A stretch of 63,973 nucleotides of DNA, filler included, from an uncultured bacterium (GCA_964471275.1; 3 parts of 3 records of this genome joined end to end with filler, not necessarily neighbours in it), one strand, 5' to 3'; positions 52,902 to 63,390 are shown, numbered from the whole stretch's first letter. The notes: generated by a model from the sequence alone, not told the origin. Translations and numbers: made by a program.

Positions 52902-54596
52902 CTAGGCTCGGAAGAGCTCGCCCATTCGGCGCCCGAGGAATCGGCCGGCGAGGAAGAGGCTTGCCATCAGGAGAAGCATCCCCAGCACACCCATCGCACT
53001 GGCAATGTAGGCGCCGTCTGTAATCCGGCCGAGCAACGCAAAGATCGCTCGCGTGATCGGGTAATAGTCGTCTTTCATCGCGAGAATCAGACTGTCGGAT
53101 ACCTCGAGCATCGCGAAGGAGAAGCACAGGACCCCGCCGGCAACGAGATTCGCAAGAATCAGAGGAAACGTGATCTGCCAGACAGACCGGAACCGTGAAG
53201 CACCCAGATTCTGGGCAGCCTCCTCGAGCACAACGCTCGTCTGCTGAAAGCCAGCATATGCAGCCCGCACCATGTAGGGGAGACGCCGAACGCCGTAGGC
53301 GATCACCAGAAGCGGAAGCGGGAAGTGCCGTGCATCCAGAAATGTCCCTGAGTAGCCGGCCAGATAACCGAAAGCCAGAACCAGTCCCGGAAGCGCGAGA
53401 GGCAACATGGCGAGCCCATCCAGCACACCCTTGAACGGGATGCTCGTGCGGACCAACAGGTAGGCGATCGCGACACCGACAACAATGTCCAGAATCGTGC
53501 TGAAAACACTGAGCAGAAGGCTGATTCGTATACTCGACGACGACAACGGATGCTCGAAGACCATCCCGTAGTGGGACAATGTCGTGGACTCCGGCAGCAC
53601 GGTCATGAACCAGCGGTCGGCAAAGGAAGTCAGAATGATGCTGATATGGGGCAGCAGCGCGATACCGGTCACAAGAAGCATGATTGCCCAGATCCCGGCC
53701 GTCAGGCCCGGTGTTGCGGTCCTCTGTGCTCCCGCTACGTGACCACGCGACACCATCTCCACCTTCTGGCCGCCCAGAACCCGCTTAGCCAGGTAAAAGA
53801 AAAAGATCGTCAGCACGATCACCAGTACCACGAGCGCATATGCGACGGGATTCTCGTTTATGTCCGCGATCGAATTGAAGATCTCGACCGAGATGACTTG
53901 CCGGAAATTGAACACCAACGGCGTGCCGAGATCCGTGAAAGCCCAGATAAAGACGATGATTGCACCGGCGAAGTATCCGGGCAGCATCAAGGGAAACGTG
54001 ATTGTACGGAAAAGTCGAAGACCGCTGCTCCCCATGTTCCGCGCCGCCTCATCCAGGCTGGGATCGATATTCGACAGAGCGGCAGCCACGTTCAGATACA
54101 TAATGGGGTAGAGATGGAGTACTTCGAGTATCACGACACCGAGGAACCCGCCTCCACCGAAGAAGTCAATGGGCTGCTCGATCAGACCGGTCCGCATCAG
54201 CAGCAAATTGATCGACCCGAACCGGGCAAACATCTGCTTCATCCCGATCGCGCCCACAAACGGTGGGAGTACCATCGGTACAAGAATCAGGCCCTGAAGG
54301 ATGTTCTTACCACGGAAATCGTATCGAACAAGCAGAAACGCAAGGGGAAGGCTCAGAAACGTCGTGGTGAGTGTCGTCACCATAGCCAGCCGAAAGCTGT
54401 TCATGATGGCTTCGCCATACACCGGACTGGTCAGCATGAAATCAAAGAATCGGAGCGTGAAAGCTCCATCTACGATGAAGGCCCCAACCACGGCATACCA
54501 CAGTGGATAGATCAGGAACATCGCAAAGAAAACGAAGAGCGCACCGAGGAAGATGACGGTGCCTGGTGTCAGGTCATACCGTCTCAGCATGGGCAT
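52902..54596 (-). CDS. ABC transporter permease, FbpB/ThiP type
   Basis: Two EAA loops (LDEAARNMG, LEEAAQNLG), PPFVGA. Confidence 0.93.
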   Translation of the reverse strand: MPMLRRYDLTPGTVIFLGALFVFFAMFLIYPLWYAVVGAFIVDGAFTLRFFDFMLTSPVYGEAIMNSFRLAMVTTLTTTFLSLPLAFLLVRYDFRGKNILQGLILVPMVLPPFVGAIGMKQMFARFGSINLLLMRTGLIEQPIDFFGGGGFLGVVILEVLHLYPIMYLNVAAALSNIDPSLDEAARNMGSSGLRLFRTITFPLMLPGYFAGAIIVFIWAFTDLGTPLVFNFRQVISVEIFNSIADINENPVAYALVVLVIVLTIFFFYLAKRVLGGQKVEMVSRGHVAGAQRTATPGLTAGIWAIMLLVTGIALLPHISIILTSFADRWFMTVLPESTTLSHYGMVFEHPLSSSSIRISLLLSVFSTILDIVVGVAIAYLLVRTSIPFKGVLDGLAMLPLALPGLVLAFGYLAGYSGTFLDARHFPLPLLVIAYGVRRLPYMVRAAYAGFQQTSVVLEEAAQNLGASRFRSVWQITFPLILANLVAGGVLCFSFAMLEVSDSLILAMKDDYYPITRAIFALLGRITDGAYIASAMGVLGMLLLMASLFLAGRFLGRRMGELFRA

Positions 54597-55671
54597 CCCC
54601 ATCTGCCGGCAGAACCACAACCTTTGCGGGAAGGAACTGCAGCCGCACGGTGTCACCTCGAGTGGCCTTGGGATTCACAGGGTCGTACTCGACAACCTTA
54701 AGAGGCGTACCATCGACCAGATCCACGACATATTGCTCGATCTCGCCGAGATAGACCGCATTGCGCACCTGTCCGGAAACGGTGTTGACCTCGGGGCCGG
54801 GCTCTCCCTCAACGAACTCCAGGCCTTCCGGACGGACCGCACAAAGCACGGCATCTCCGCGCTGGACCGGCGCGCCCGACGGTCGCCCCCTCACAGATCC
54901 AAGTCCTGTGTCCACGACGATGTAGTCACCCAGCTCGGCGACCGTACCGGAAATGAAGTTGATCTCACCGATAAAGTCGGCCAGAAAGCGAGTTTGAGGC
55001 TGCTGATACAGATCACGTGCGGTCCCGACCTGCACCACGTGTCCTGAATCCATGACGGCCATCCGATGCGACATCGCGAGGGCTTCTTTCTGGTCGTGTG
55101 TCACATAGATCATCGTCGTGCCGATCTCGCGTTGCAGATCCAGAATCTGCTGACGCATCTCCAGTCGGAGACGAGCATCGAGGTTTGAGAGCGGCTCATC
55201 CATCAGAACCACATCCGGCTCGATGACGAGTGCGCGGGCAAGCGCGACTCTCTGCTGTTGACCACCCGACAGTTGATTGGGCGATCGATCCGCATAGGGA
55301 GACATCTGTACCATGTCGAGTGCTCGGTTCACACGCTGATCGACCTCTGCTCGGTTCACACCCCGCATCGACAGACCATACTCGACATTCTTGCGCACCG
55401 ACATGTGCGGCCACAGCGCGTAATTCTGGAAAACCATGCCCGTGTTACGTTCGTTCGGCGGGAGATCCGTCACATCGCGATCACCAAACACGACGCGTCC
55501 ACCTTCGGGTTCGTAGAACCCGGCGATCATACGTAGAAGTGTCGTCTTTCCGCAGCCGGATGGGCCGAGTAGAAAGAAGAACTCACCCTCGCCGATGTCC
55601 AGACTGACCCGATCGACCGCCACGACACGGTCAAAGCGTTTGGTTACATGGTCCAGTTTCACGCTAACCAT
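54574..55671 (-). CDS. ABC transporter ATP-binding protein, FbpC/PotA type
   Basis: GPSGCGKT, LSGGQQQR, DEPLSNLD, TOBE tail. Confidence 0.95.
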   Translation of the reverse strand: MVSVKLDHVTKRFDRVVAVDRVSLDIGEGEFFFLLGPSGCGKTTLLRMIAGFYEPEGGRVVFGDRDVTDLPPNERNTGMVFQNYALWPHMSVRKNVEYGLSMRGVNRAEVDQRVNRALDMVQMSPYADRSPNQLSGGQQQRVALARALVIEPDVVLMDEPLSNLDARLRLEMRQQILDLQREIGTTMIYVTHDQKEALAMSHRMAVMDSGHVVQVGTARDLYQQPQTRFLADFIGEINFISGTVAELGDYIVVDTGLGSVRGRPSGAPVQRGDAVLCAVRPEGLEFVEGEPGPEVNTVSGQVRNAVYLGEIEQYVVDLVDGTPLKVVEYDPVNPKATRGDTVRLQFLPAKVVVLPADGDAHAETV

Positions 55672-55683
55672 TAGATGTATCCG

Positions 55684-56631
55684 TTAGAACCACCGTCGTT
55701 GTTTGAAGATCACCAGGGCAACCACCACATAGGCGATCAGGAGTCCCACCGCGCCCGTAGACATCTGTTCGGACAGGCTAATCACGTCAAGCGACATGAC
55801 GCTCAGGATCAGCAGAGGCACGAGAATGGCGGTCGCCAGTGCGACGCCCCACCGCAAGGCGTCTTGCGTTCGCCGTTGATCAGAGGCCCGTGCCGTCTCC
55901 AGAACCCAGGCGAGTCTCTCAACGCCCAGAACCATCCGGTGATGTAGATGACGGTTATGATCGTGAACGTCCCGGAAATAGTCTCGGTTCTCTTCAGACA
56001 CGAACGATGAGTCGCTAAATGCGAACCGTTCCAGGGCCGCCTGCTGATTTACCGTGATCTCTCTGAACGTCGTCAGATCTTTGTGTAGACCGACCGCGTC
56101 ATCGAGCCCCCTTGATGCGATGGCACTTGCCTCGGAGAGCTGATCGATCCGGGCCTCCAGTCCTTCGACTGCAGGTTTGCAGTAGTCGATTACCGTATTC
56201 AGGATGCTGTGAAGCAGCCAGTCCGGCGACCGAAGCGACGAACTCGGGTTCTTGGCCACCACACCCCGGGTGTCGAAGATCCCCTTGATCTTGTCGTGAT
56301 GGTGGCTTACAAGGAAGTTTGGGCCGACAAAGAGATCGAGCTTCTGAGCCTCCAGACGATCCGTAACGGTCGGTGCTGCGGCGTAGAAAACTGAGTAGGT
56401 GTAGCCGTCATACTGATCTTCCTTCGGCAACCACGCATCATCGATGCAGTCCTTTACAGTCAGGATGTGAAACCTGAAAATCCCACCCAGGACGCCGGTC
56501 TCCTCATCCGTCGGGTTCTCCAGATCTACCCAGATTGTCCTGCCACGGTCGCCCAGATGTTTTGGCAGTTCCGCGATCGACGGTGTTTCCATCCGGTTCG
56601 ATTCCCGGGAATACGAAAAGATACGTATCAT
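55684..56631 (-). CDS. CorA-family metal transporter, divergent
   Basis: WVDLENPT.EE, FHIL..KD, PK, DYFRDVHDH, two C-terminal TM helices and KQRRWF; GMN motif absent. Confidence 0.85.
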   Translation of the reverse strand: MIRIFSYSRESNRMETPSIAELPKHLGDRGRTIWVDLENPTDEETGVLGGIFRFHILTVKDCIDDAWLPKEDQYDGYTYSVFYAAAPTVTDRLEAQKLDLFVGPNFLVSHHHDKIKGIFDTRGVVAKNPSSSLRSPDWLLHSILNTVIDYCKPAVEGLEARIDQLSEASAIASRGLDDAVGLHKDLTTFREITVNQQAALERFAFSDSSFVSEENRDYFRDVHDHNRHLHHRMVLGVERLAWVLETARASDQRRTQDALRWGVALATAILVPLLILSVMSLDVISLSEQMSTGAVGLLIAYVVVALVIFKQRRWF

Positions 56632-56651
56632 GCGTCCCCCTCAGCCTTGCT

Positions 56652-58049
56652 CTATGCGCCGCGTGTGCGACGCAGCATCCAGACGGTGCCCAGGGCGATC
56701 CCCGCAGGGAACGCGAAGGTCAACCAGTCGAAAACCGTCCCAAGCATATCATTCGGTTCGCCATACTTCTCCCGAGCGAACGTCGTCCACTCGGCAAGCT
56801 TCTTCACACGGAGTTCCTGGTCGCTCCGCCAGACCGAGCCCAACTCCTGTGCGGCGCTTTCAGAAAGAGGCATCACGGACAACGCGCCGATCTCGGCATT
56901 GGTCAGGCCGTCTCGCTGGGCCTGTTTCCACGCATACCTGAGTCGGTCGTGGGAATCGATCACAAAGACGCCGATCATGTCGTTCAGAACGCTCCAGCGT
57001 GCAGACGCCTTCGCAGAATCATAGACGAGGTCAGAATGCCACTCGAATGGGTTCAGAGTGACGGCAGCCTCGCGTTTATACTTGCTGTAGAGTTCGGGGA
57101 GAACCGTAAACCGATTGAGCTGACGGTGTACGGGGCCACCAGGGGCACCTTGCTTCAGGAACCAGAGCTTCTGCCCGGGCTCTGACATCACGAATGAGAC
57201 GAAGGCACGCGCCACTTCGAGGTTCGGGGCACCCTTGAGGATACCGAGACCATCTGGATTTACGATCGTCATGTCATCAGGCATCGTAAACCCAACGAAC
57301 GCTTCACCGACCTCCGCTACCTGGGCCCAGGCATAGAAATCAATGGACAGACCAAATGCCACTTCCCCAACCGCCACGTCCTTTGGCGCCTGACTGCCGC
57401 TGCCCGCAAAGTTCCGGACATTGGCTCCCATCGTCGTGATCACTTCCCAGCCGCGGTCCCATCCGTAGGCCTGCAGGATCAACTCATAGGCCATATGAAC
57501 GCTGCCGCTGAACCGGGGATCACCCGACCCAACCCACGTCGAGTATCGGGGATCACCCAACTCCTCCCAGCTTCGGGGGACCTTGAAATCGAGCGTCTCG
57601 AGAACGCGCTTGTTGTAGACTATCCCGAAACCCGCGAGCGTTGCCCCGAACCAGCGAAACTCAGGATCGTAAACAGGGATGCCGCCAATCGTCGGGGCAA
57701 TCCCGGAAATCACGTCATCCGGCAACCGGTAAGATTGTAGGATTCCTGCGTCAGCCAACTCCGTGTAAGGATCCAGACCGCCACCAAAGAAGAGATCGAT
57801 CTGTATGGTCTCGGGCGTTCGGCCGAACTCTCCCTTGATATACCTGAGTATTGAACTCGTACCGCCGCCGACATCCAGCCATTCCAGTTCTACCGATCGA
57901 CCGGTCGCCGTCTCGTAGTACTGGCAAAAGCCCTGGCTGAACTCGTTCTGAATCTCGTCGGAGTGCGGCGAAACCAGAACGAGTATGTCCTGAGCGTACA
58001 CCTGCGTCCCAAGAGACAGCAGCAGTCTGATGAGCAGATACCGGATCAC
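56652..58049 (-). CDS. ABC transporter substrate-binding protein (Fe3+/thiamine-like) with C-terminal TM helix
   Basis: Signal peptide, SPH, DLFFGGG, GIVYN, DPRFSGS, FVMSEPGQ. Confidence 0.9.
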   Translation of the reverse strand: MIRYLLIRLLLSLGTQVYAQDILVLVSPHSDEIQNEFSQGFCQYYETATGRSVELEWLDVGGGTSSILRYIKGEFGRTPETIQIDLFFGGGLDPYTELADAGILQSYRLPDDVISGIAPTIGGIPVYDPEFRWFGATLAGFGIVYNKRVLETLDFKVPRSWEELGDPRYSTWVGSGDPRFSGSVHMAYELILQAYGWDRGWEVITTMGANVRNFAGSGSQAPKDVAVGEVAFGLSIDFYAWAQVAEVGEAFVGFTMPDDMTIVNPDGLGILKGAPNLEVARAFVSFVMSEPGQKLWFLKQGAPGGPVHRQLNRFTVLPELYSKYKREAAVTLNPFEWHSDLVYDSAKASARWSVLNDMIGVFVIDSHDRLRYAWKQAQRDGLTNAEIGALSVMPLSESAAQELGSVWRSDQELRVKKLAEWTTFAREKYGEPNDMLGTVFDWLTFAFPAGIALGTVWMLRRTRGA

Positions 58050-58086
58050 ACGGCGACCTCTATTGAGTTCCGATCGCTACTTGCGT

Positions 58087-59085
58087 TTATTCTAGAATTC
58101 GCCAAGANNNNNNNNNNCCCTTGCCGATCAGGATACTGAGATCCCACTCCGTCGTTCCACCGGCTGGCACGACACCCGCTGTATCGAGACCGGCAGCGAC
58201 ATCGAGTCGGTCTACCTGCGACGTGGAAGGCTCCAGAGCAACCTGATGCAGATTGTGCCAGTCCCCCTCGTTTACCCAAAGCCCAAGGTGCGGGAATCGT
58301 TTGGCCGGGAACAGGAAACCGATGAACTCGCCTTTCGGATAGACCAGCGCACATCGACCTTGCTCAAGCGGCGTCGTAAACAATTTCTCCGACTCCTTCG
58401 CCCGGCTCGACCGGATCACGCTGCGATCATAGCTCTTGTCGAGCGAAAAGTCCGTAACCCCTGGCCACTGGTGCTCGGTCATCGGCTTCCCGAGACGGCC
58501 TTCTGAGCTCGACGAAGTCACCACGTTGGCACCCGGTGGCAGGTAGATTTTCGACTTGGTTTCCGCCTTGAACAGGGGATGGAAGGCATACAGGAACGGC
58601 ATATCATACGGGCCGTCATTCGTGACCGAGTAGCTCAGTCGGATATACTGTTTCTCGTGCCGGGCGAGCGTCTCGAAACTGATCGTACGCTCAAAGAGAT
58701 AGGGCAATCGAACCCCTCGGACCCACGTTCTAAGTTTGTCCTTGGTGGTCTCATACTCCCACGGCAGACTCCAGAGCTCACCGTGATCGGGGATATCCGT
58801 CCCCTGCCAGGGGTAGTCCGGATAGGGGCATCCCCCAACAGTCGGAAAGCATTCGTCAGCGCCATCCCGTTCGTAGTCCCCGAAATCATCGCCATACGTA
58901 CGCCTGCGATACTCGACGTTCGTACGCGACAGGAACTCACGCTTCGTCTTCCGGTTCAGTATCGACGTGATCTTGGCGCCCAGATGCGGCACCACGGTCA
59001 CAGAATACTGATCGCTCGTCAACGTGACGGCCTGGATATCGTTGACAAGTTTTGACTCCTTGATCTTTGCCTTTTGAGTAGCCAC
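58087..59085 (-). CDS. Galactose mutarotase/aldose 1-epimerase-like protein (N gap near the C-terminus)
   Basis: LGAKITS, DECFPT, PDHGELW, HPLF, LEP; true stop uncertain. Confidence 0.8.
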   Translation of the reverse strand: MATQKAKIKESKLVNDIQAVTLTSDQYSVTVVPHLGAKITSILNRKTKREFLSRTNVEYRRRTYGDDFGDYERDGADECFPTVGGCPYPDYPWQGTDIPDHGELWSLPWEYETTKDKLRTWVRGVRLPYLFERTISFETLARHEKQYIRLSYSVTNDGPYDMPFLYAFHPLFKAETKSKIYLPPGANVVTSSSSEGRLGKPMTEHQWPGVTDFSLDKSYDRSVIRSSRAKESEKLFTTPLEQGRCALVYPKGEFIGFLFPAKRFPHLGLWVNEGDWHNLHQVALEPSTSQVDRLDVAAGLDTAGVVPAGGTTEWDLSILIGKXXXXSWRILE

Positions 59086-59199
59086 GGTACTCTCTCCTCT
59101 CGATACGCGTCAGGAACATTCCGAAGTCACACGAACACCGACAGAGAATCGATGTCCGTATGTGGACCGGTCTGACAATTAATTTCCGTGGTTGACGAG

Positions 59200-60408
59200 C
59201 TACCTCTTCGGACGTGATCGACTTGATCTGGAAAATCTGCCCGGGCCACGTCCGCCTCGCCGGCGTCTCCGGTCTCCAGACTGGCTGGAGGCCCGCAACT
59301 CGGGCTCCTCCCCAAGCCAAACAGGTTGAATCCCGTTTGCACTGATCAGTCGGCCCAGTGCGCCCAGGTCTCGATTGGTTACAAAAGTGACAGCCACGCC
59401 TTCCCTGCCCATACGACCAGCTCGCCCGGTGCGATGCGTATAGGCCTCATCCGACTGAGGAAAATCGAAATTGATGACATGCGTCACCTTATTAAAATCA
59501 AGGCCTCTTGCTGCGACATCTGTAGCGACAAGCAGGTCAATCTCTTTGCTCTTGAACTTCCGGAACACCGCACTCCGCTGGGGTTGATCCAGCCCGCCGT
59601 GGATGACCTCCACAGAAGACTGACTGCCCTTGAGCTGTCGGAACAGCTGCGAGCTTCTCGACCGTGAGTTGCAGAACACGAGTCCCTGGCCGACATCGTT
59701 TGTCCGCAAGTACTCCGCAAGACGGTCCTCCTGCTGGCCGTGCTTGATCACCTGGAAACAGTGCGTCAGCGATTGCGGTGCAATCTGGTCCTTGTTCAGC
59801 TCAAGCCGGACCGGATCCCGCTGATACGTCTTGGCAAGACGGGCAACCGCCTTCGGCATCGTCGCAGAGAACAGGAGTGTCTGAACGTCCTGCATGATGC
59901 ACGAGAAGATGAAGTCGACATTCTCCACAAAACCCATCTTCATCATCTCATCCGCTTCATCGAGGACGACAGTCCGGATATTCTCGAGTGGGAGCGGGTT
60001 GTTCCAGATGAAGTCGATCAGCCGACCCGGCGTGGCCACCAGAATGTGCACACCGTCTTTTAGCTTAGCCCGCTGGATATCCATGTCGAACCCACCGAAC
60101 ATCGCGAAGGGCGCAACATCCGAAAACTTCGATACATCCGCGATCTCCGACACATACTGCTGGGCGAGTTCACGAGTCGGCACCAGGATGAGTGCCTGGA
60201 GCTCACGTATCTCGGGATCTACCATCTCGACAAGAGGGACGGCACAGGCTCCGGTCTTCCCCGAGCCCGTCTCCGCCAGTCCGATCAGATCCCGGCCATC
60301 CAGAATATCGGGGATGGCCTTCTCCTGAATGGGCGTCAGATCGTCGTAGCCCATTTCCTGCAAAGCACGTTGAGTCATTGGCTTCAACGACAATTCAGCA
60401 AACTTCAT
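59200..60408 (-). CDS. DEAD-box RNA helicase
   Basis: TPIQ, AETGSGKT, PTRELA, TPGR, DEAD, SAT, ARGLD, HRTGRAGR. Confidence 0.97.
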   Translation of the reverse strand: MKFAELSLKPMTQRALQEMGYDDLTPIQEKAIPDILDGRDLIGLAETGSGKTGACAVPLVEMVDPEIRELQALILVPTRELAQQYVSEIADVSKFSDVAPFAMFGGFDMDIQRAKLKDGVHILVATPGRLIDFIWNNPLPLENIRTVVLDEADEMMKMGFVENVDFIFSCIMQDVQTLLFSATMPKAVARLAKTYQRDPVRLELNKDQIAPQSLTHCFQVIKHGQQEDRLAEYLRTNDVGQGLVFCNSRSRSSQLFRQLKGSQSSVEVIHGGLDQPQRSAVFRKFKSKEIDLLVATDVAARGLDFNKVTHVINFDFPQSDEAYTHRTGRAGRMGREGVAVTFVTNRDLGALGRLISANGIQPVWLGEEPELRASSQSGDRRRRRGGRGPGRFSRSSRSRPKR

Positions 60409-60421
60409 GCGTTCCGTTCTG

Positions 60422-61450
60422 TTAGAATTTTCCAGTTCTGGATTCGAACTTGGTCGGCTTCCCCAATGTCCGTCCCCCACTCCTCAGCCACCCGGCAACC
60501 CACGCGACGATCTGATCGATCCCAACGACCGGTTCACCAAGTTTGTCTATCATCTCGCCCGCATCTCCCAACAATGCTGTTGGTGCCTCTTCTCCTGCGA
60601 ACACCGGCTCGATCTGGAGTGCCTCGCCCAGCGACTCCACAATCGACCGAACGGAGACCACGTCTCGCCCGGTCATGTTGATCGTGCGTGCAGGCGATGC
60701 GCAGAGCGGGAAGCAGCGGCAGAGATACCCGTTTGCGTCCCCCTGCCAGAGCTGGTTCACGTAGCCCATCGTCAGGTCTACTGGCTCGCCGGTCGCCACT
60801 TTCTGGCCGATATCGAGAACGATGCCATACCGCAACTCCGTCGCATAAAACAGCCGAACGATCGCCAGCTCCGTGTCGAACCGTTCAGCCTGGTGTGCCG
60901 CGACACGCTCTCCGCCGAGCCGGGACTGCGCATACTCCCCGATCGGCTCCACCTCGTCGGTCTCGGTCGCCCCGCTGCCGGCGGTAGACGTATACTTGTA
61001 GACGTTCCCCGACGACACGTAGACAATCTTTGAATCTCGATACCGCGACACCACCTGTGCGGGGAGCATCGTATTCATCGCCCAGGTCAGTGACTCCTTA
61101 CCCGTGGACCCGAATTTGTGTCCCGCCATCTGATACACATACGGGGCGTCTGGGAGACTTGCGAGTGCCCGTTCGTCCAGCAGGTCCGCCTTGATCGTTT
61201 CGATGCCACAATTCTCAAGATCCTGTCTGGATACAGGATCCGAGAACCGGGAGACACCGATCACACGTTTTGCACCGGCTCTCACAAGAAGCTCGCCAAG
61301 CGTCGGCCCCATCTTGCCTGCGATGCCGAGGATAACGATATCGCCATCCAGTTCGCGCACCGCTCTCTCGACTTCCGGCGTCGGCATCGTCATCTGATCG
61401 ATCAACTGATCTTCGGTCTCGATCAAACTCGGTATGGACAGATTGCTCAC
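60422..61450 (-). CDS. NAD-dependent epimerase/dehydratase
   Basis: GIAGKMG, SSGNVY, YAQSR, ELRYG. Confidence 0.88.
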   Translation of the reverse strand: MSNLSIPSLIETEDQLIDQMTMPTPEVERAVRELDGDIVILGIAGKMGPTLGELLVRAGAKRVIGVSRFSDPVSRQDLENCGIETIKADLLDERALASLPDAPYVYQMAGHKFGSTGKESLTWAMNTMLPAQVVSRYRDSKIVYVSSGNVYKYTSTAGSGATETDEVEPIGEYAQSRLGGERVAAHQAERFDTELAIVRLFYATELRYGIVLDIGQKVATGEPVDLTMGYVNQLWQGDANGYLCRCFPLCASPARTINMTGRDVVSVRSIVESLGEALQIEPVFAGEEAPTALLGDAGEMIDKLGEPVVGIDQIVAWVAGWLRSGGRTLGKPTKFESRTGKF

Positions 61451-61459
61451 GTTTGATTC

Positions 61460-62590
61460 CTAGAAGAAGGGCCTGTCATCTCGCGCGTACGTGCGCAGCG
61501 CATCTTCGTTCAGCGTCACCCCGAGACCCGGACCGTCGGGCAGTGTGATATATCCATCCTGGATCAGAGGAGGATCTGAAATTACGAGTTCGTGCCAGTG
61601 CGGTCGATCGACCCAGTGCCACTCGAGCACCAGGAAATTCGGGATTGTTGCACAACAATGACTCGATGCGATCGTGCCCAGGGGACCACAGACATTGTGC
61701 GGAGCGAAGGGGATGTGATACATCTCGGCATGATTCGCAATCTTCCGACCCTCAGAGAGACCGCAGCACTTCGGCAGGTCTGGCATGATCACATCGACGG
61801 CCTGCTTCTCAATCAGATCACGGAACCCGCTCCTCATATAAAGGTTTTCGCCTGCACAGATCGGAGTCTTGGTCGATCGCTTTACCTCGCGCATCGCATC
61901 GATGTTCTCGGGTGGGATCGGTTCTTCCAGCCACAGCAGATTAAACGGCTCGAGTGCCTGGGCGATCCGGATCGCAGCGAAGATGTCGTACCGCCCGTGC
62001 ATGTCGATCGCTAGGTCGATTTCCGGACCGATTGCCTCGCGAACTGCCGAGACGCGATCGATCATCTGGTGCAACTCACCTGGCGTGATCGACCAGTTGT
62101 AGGCGTCGAGCTTGTGCGCGCTGTGTGCGTCATCGATGTCGAACTTGATCGCGTTGAAGCCCATCCCCACGATCTCTTTCGCGCGCGTGGCATATGACTC
62201 AGGGGAATCATCTTTCCCCGCGTGGCAGTCACAGTAGAGACGGATCCGGTCTCGAAACTTCCCACCCAAAAGCTGGTAGACAGGGACACTCAGTGCCTTC
62301 CCCACAAGATCCCAGAGTGCGATCTCGATTCCTGTCAGCGCCGTGATCACGTTTCCCGCAATGCCCCCGTTGAACAGGTAGCGCCTTCGGATCTTCTCAT
62401 ACAACCGATCGGCCTCGAAGGGCTCTTCGCCCTTGATCATCTCGGCCATGTTTTCGATCAGCCGGCTGCAGCCATCGCCACCGTGGATGCATTCACCCAC
62501 ACCTTCGATCCCTTCGTCGGTCTTGATCTTGACGAAGGTTGAGAATCCGTGTCCGCTGGCTTCAGCGGTTTTGACTTCCGTTATCTTCAT
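61460..62590 (-). CDS. Mandelate racemase/enolase-superfamily sugar-acid dehydratase (galactonate/gluconate dehydratase-like)
   Basis: EIALWD..GK, KFD, DMH, WLEEP, GEN, APHN. Confidence 0.92.
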   Translation of the reverse strand: MKITEVKTAEASGHGFSTFVKIKTDEGIEGVGECIHGGDGCSRLIENMAEMIKGEEPFEADRLYEKIRRRYLFNGGIAGNVITALTGIEIALWDLVGKALSVPVYQLLGGKFRDRIRLYCDCHAGKDDSPESYATRAKEIVGMGFNAIKFDIDDAHSAHKLDAYNWSITPGELHQMIDRVSAVREAIGPEIDLAIDMHGRYDIFAAIRIAQALEPFNLLWLEEPIPPENIDAMREVKRSTKTPICAGENLYMRSGFRDLIEKQAVDVIMPDLPKCCGLSEGRKIANHAEMYHIPFAPHNVCGPLGTIASSHCCATIPNFLVLEWHWVDRPHWHELVISDPPLIQDGYITLPDGPGLGVTLNEDALRTYARDDRPFF

Positions 62591-62668
62591 TGATACTCCG
62601 TGTCACACCTTCACACGCCATTACCCGCGCCGCTCTGCGGATTGATTGTCCTGATCCTTACTATGTTC

Positions 62669-63190
62669 TCACGCACCATTCACGGCTGGTAGCCCGCACA
62701 CCGTACAGAGCTCCCTCTTCGCTTTGAGTGGAACCTCACCAAGATGGATCAGTCTGGTCTGCGACTCATCCTCCAGATGACCATACGCTTCACCCAAAAT
62801 TGCAATCGGTGACGGGAGTTCCTTCGTCACGCTCTCGAGCCGGGCAGCGGTATTCACGGCATCTCCGATCACCGTCTATTCCGGTGTCTCCTCGGACCCG
62901 ATGTTCCCTGCCACCACTCTCCCGTAATGAATTCCGATCCCGTTCCGGAGGGATGCCAGACCATGTTCCGCCAGGGCCGATCGAAGTCGTTTTCGTCAGC
63001 AGGACGCAGGATCGAGAAGATTTCCGCTTTCCCCAGCTGAACAAAATCGAGCCCGATCGCCGCTTCGGCGATCAGTTCGTAAACGTCAATCTGGTCGAAG
63101 AAAGAACAGACCTAGATCCCGTAATAGGTGAGGACATACACGCTTACGAGGCATAACCCAATGTTTTTAAATACTATAGCCTTGGGCGTT
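62669..63190 (-). pseudogene. Class III adenylate/guanylate cyclase remnant
   Basis: GIGIHYG.VVAGNIGS...E*TVIGDAVNTAARLE with in-frame TAG at 62876-62878; first half of the catalytic domain missing; 5' end approximate. Confidence 0.85.
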
Positions 63191-63390
63191 TGTGTCCTCG
63201 GACCGCCAAGGCAACCAGACCGTAATTATTTTAAAAACAGTAATTTACGCAAGAACGGTCAGACTCTCTAATATAGAGGTGAATCCCAGGTCACACAACT
63301 CAAATAAAGCCCTTTGCACCAAACCGTTTGACATGACATTCCAACGATCCCTACCGTGGGTGCCGAATTCTGCTTATAGGGAGTTTCCGT

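Noticed and set aside
62876..62878. Pyrrolysine or read-through at the in-frame TAG of the cyclase
   Set aside because: The position is a conserved Tyr one base change from TAG, the gene has other lesions, and TAG is a frequent true stop in this window.
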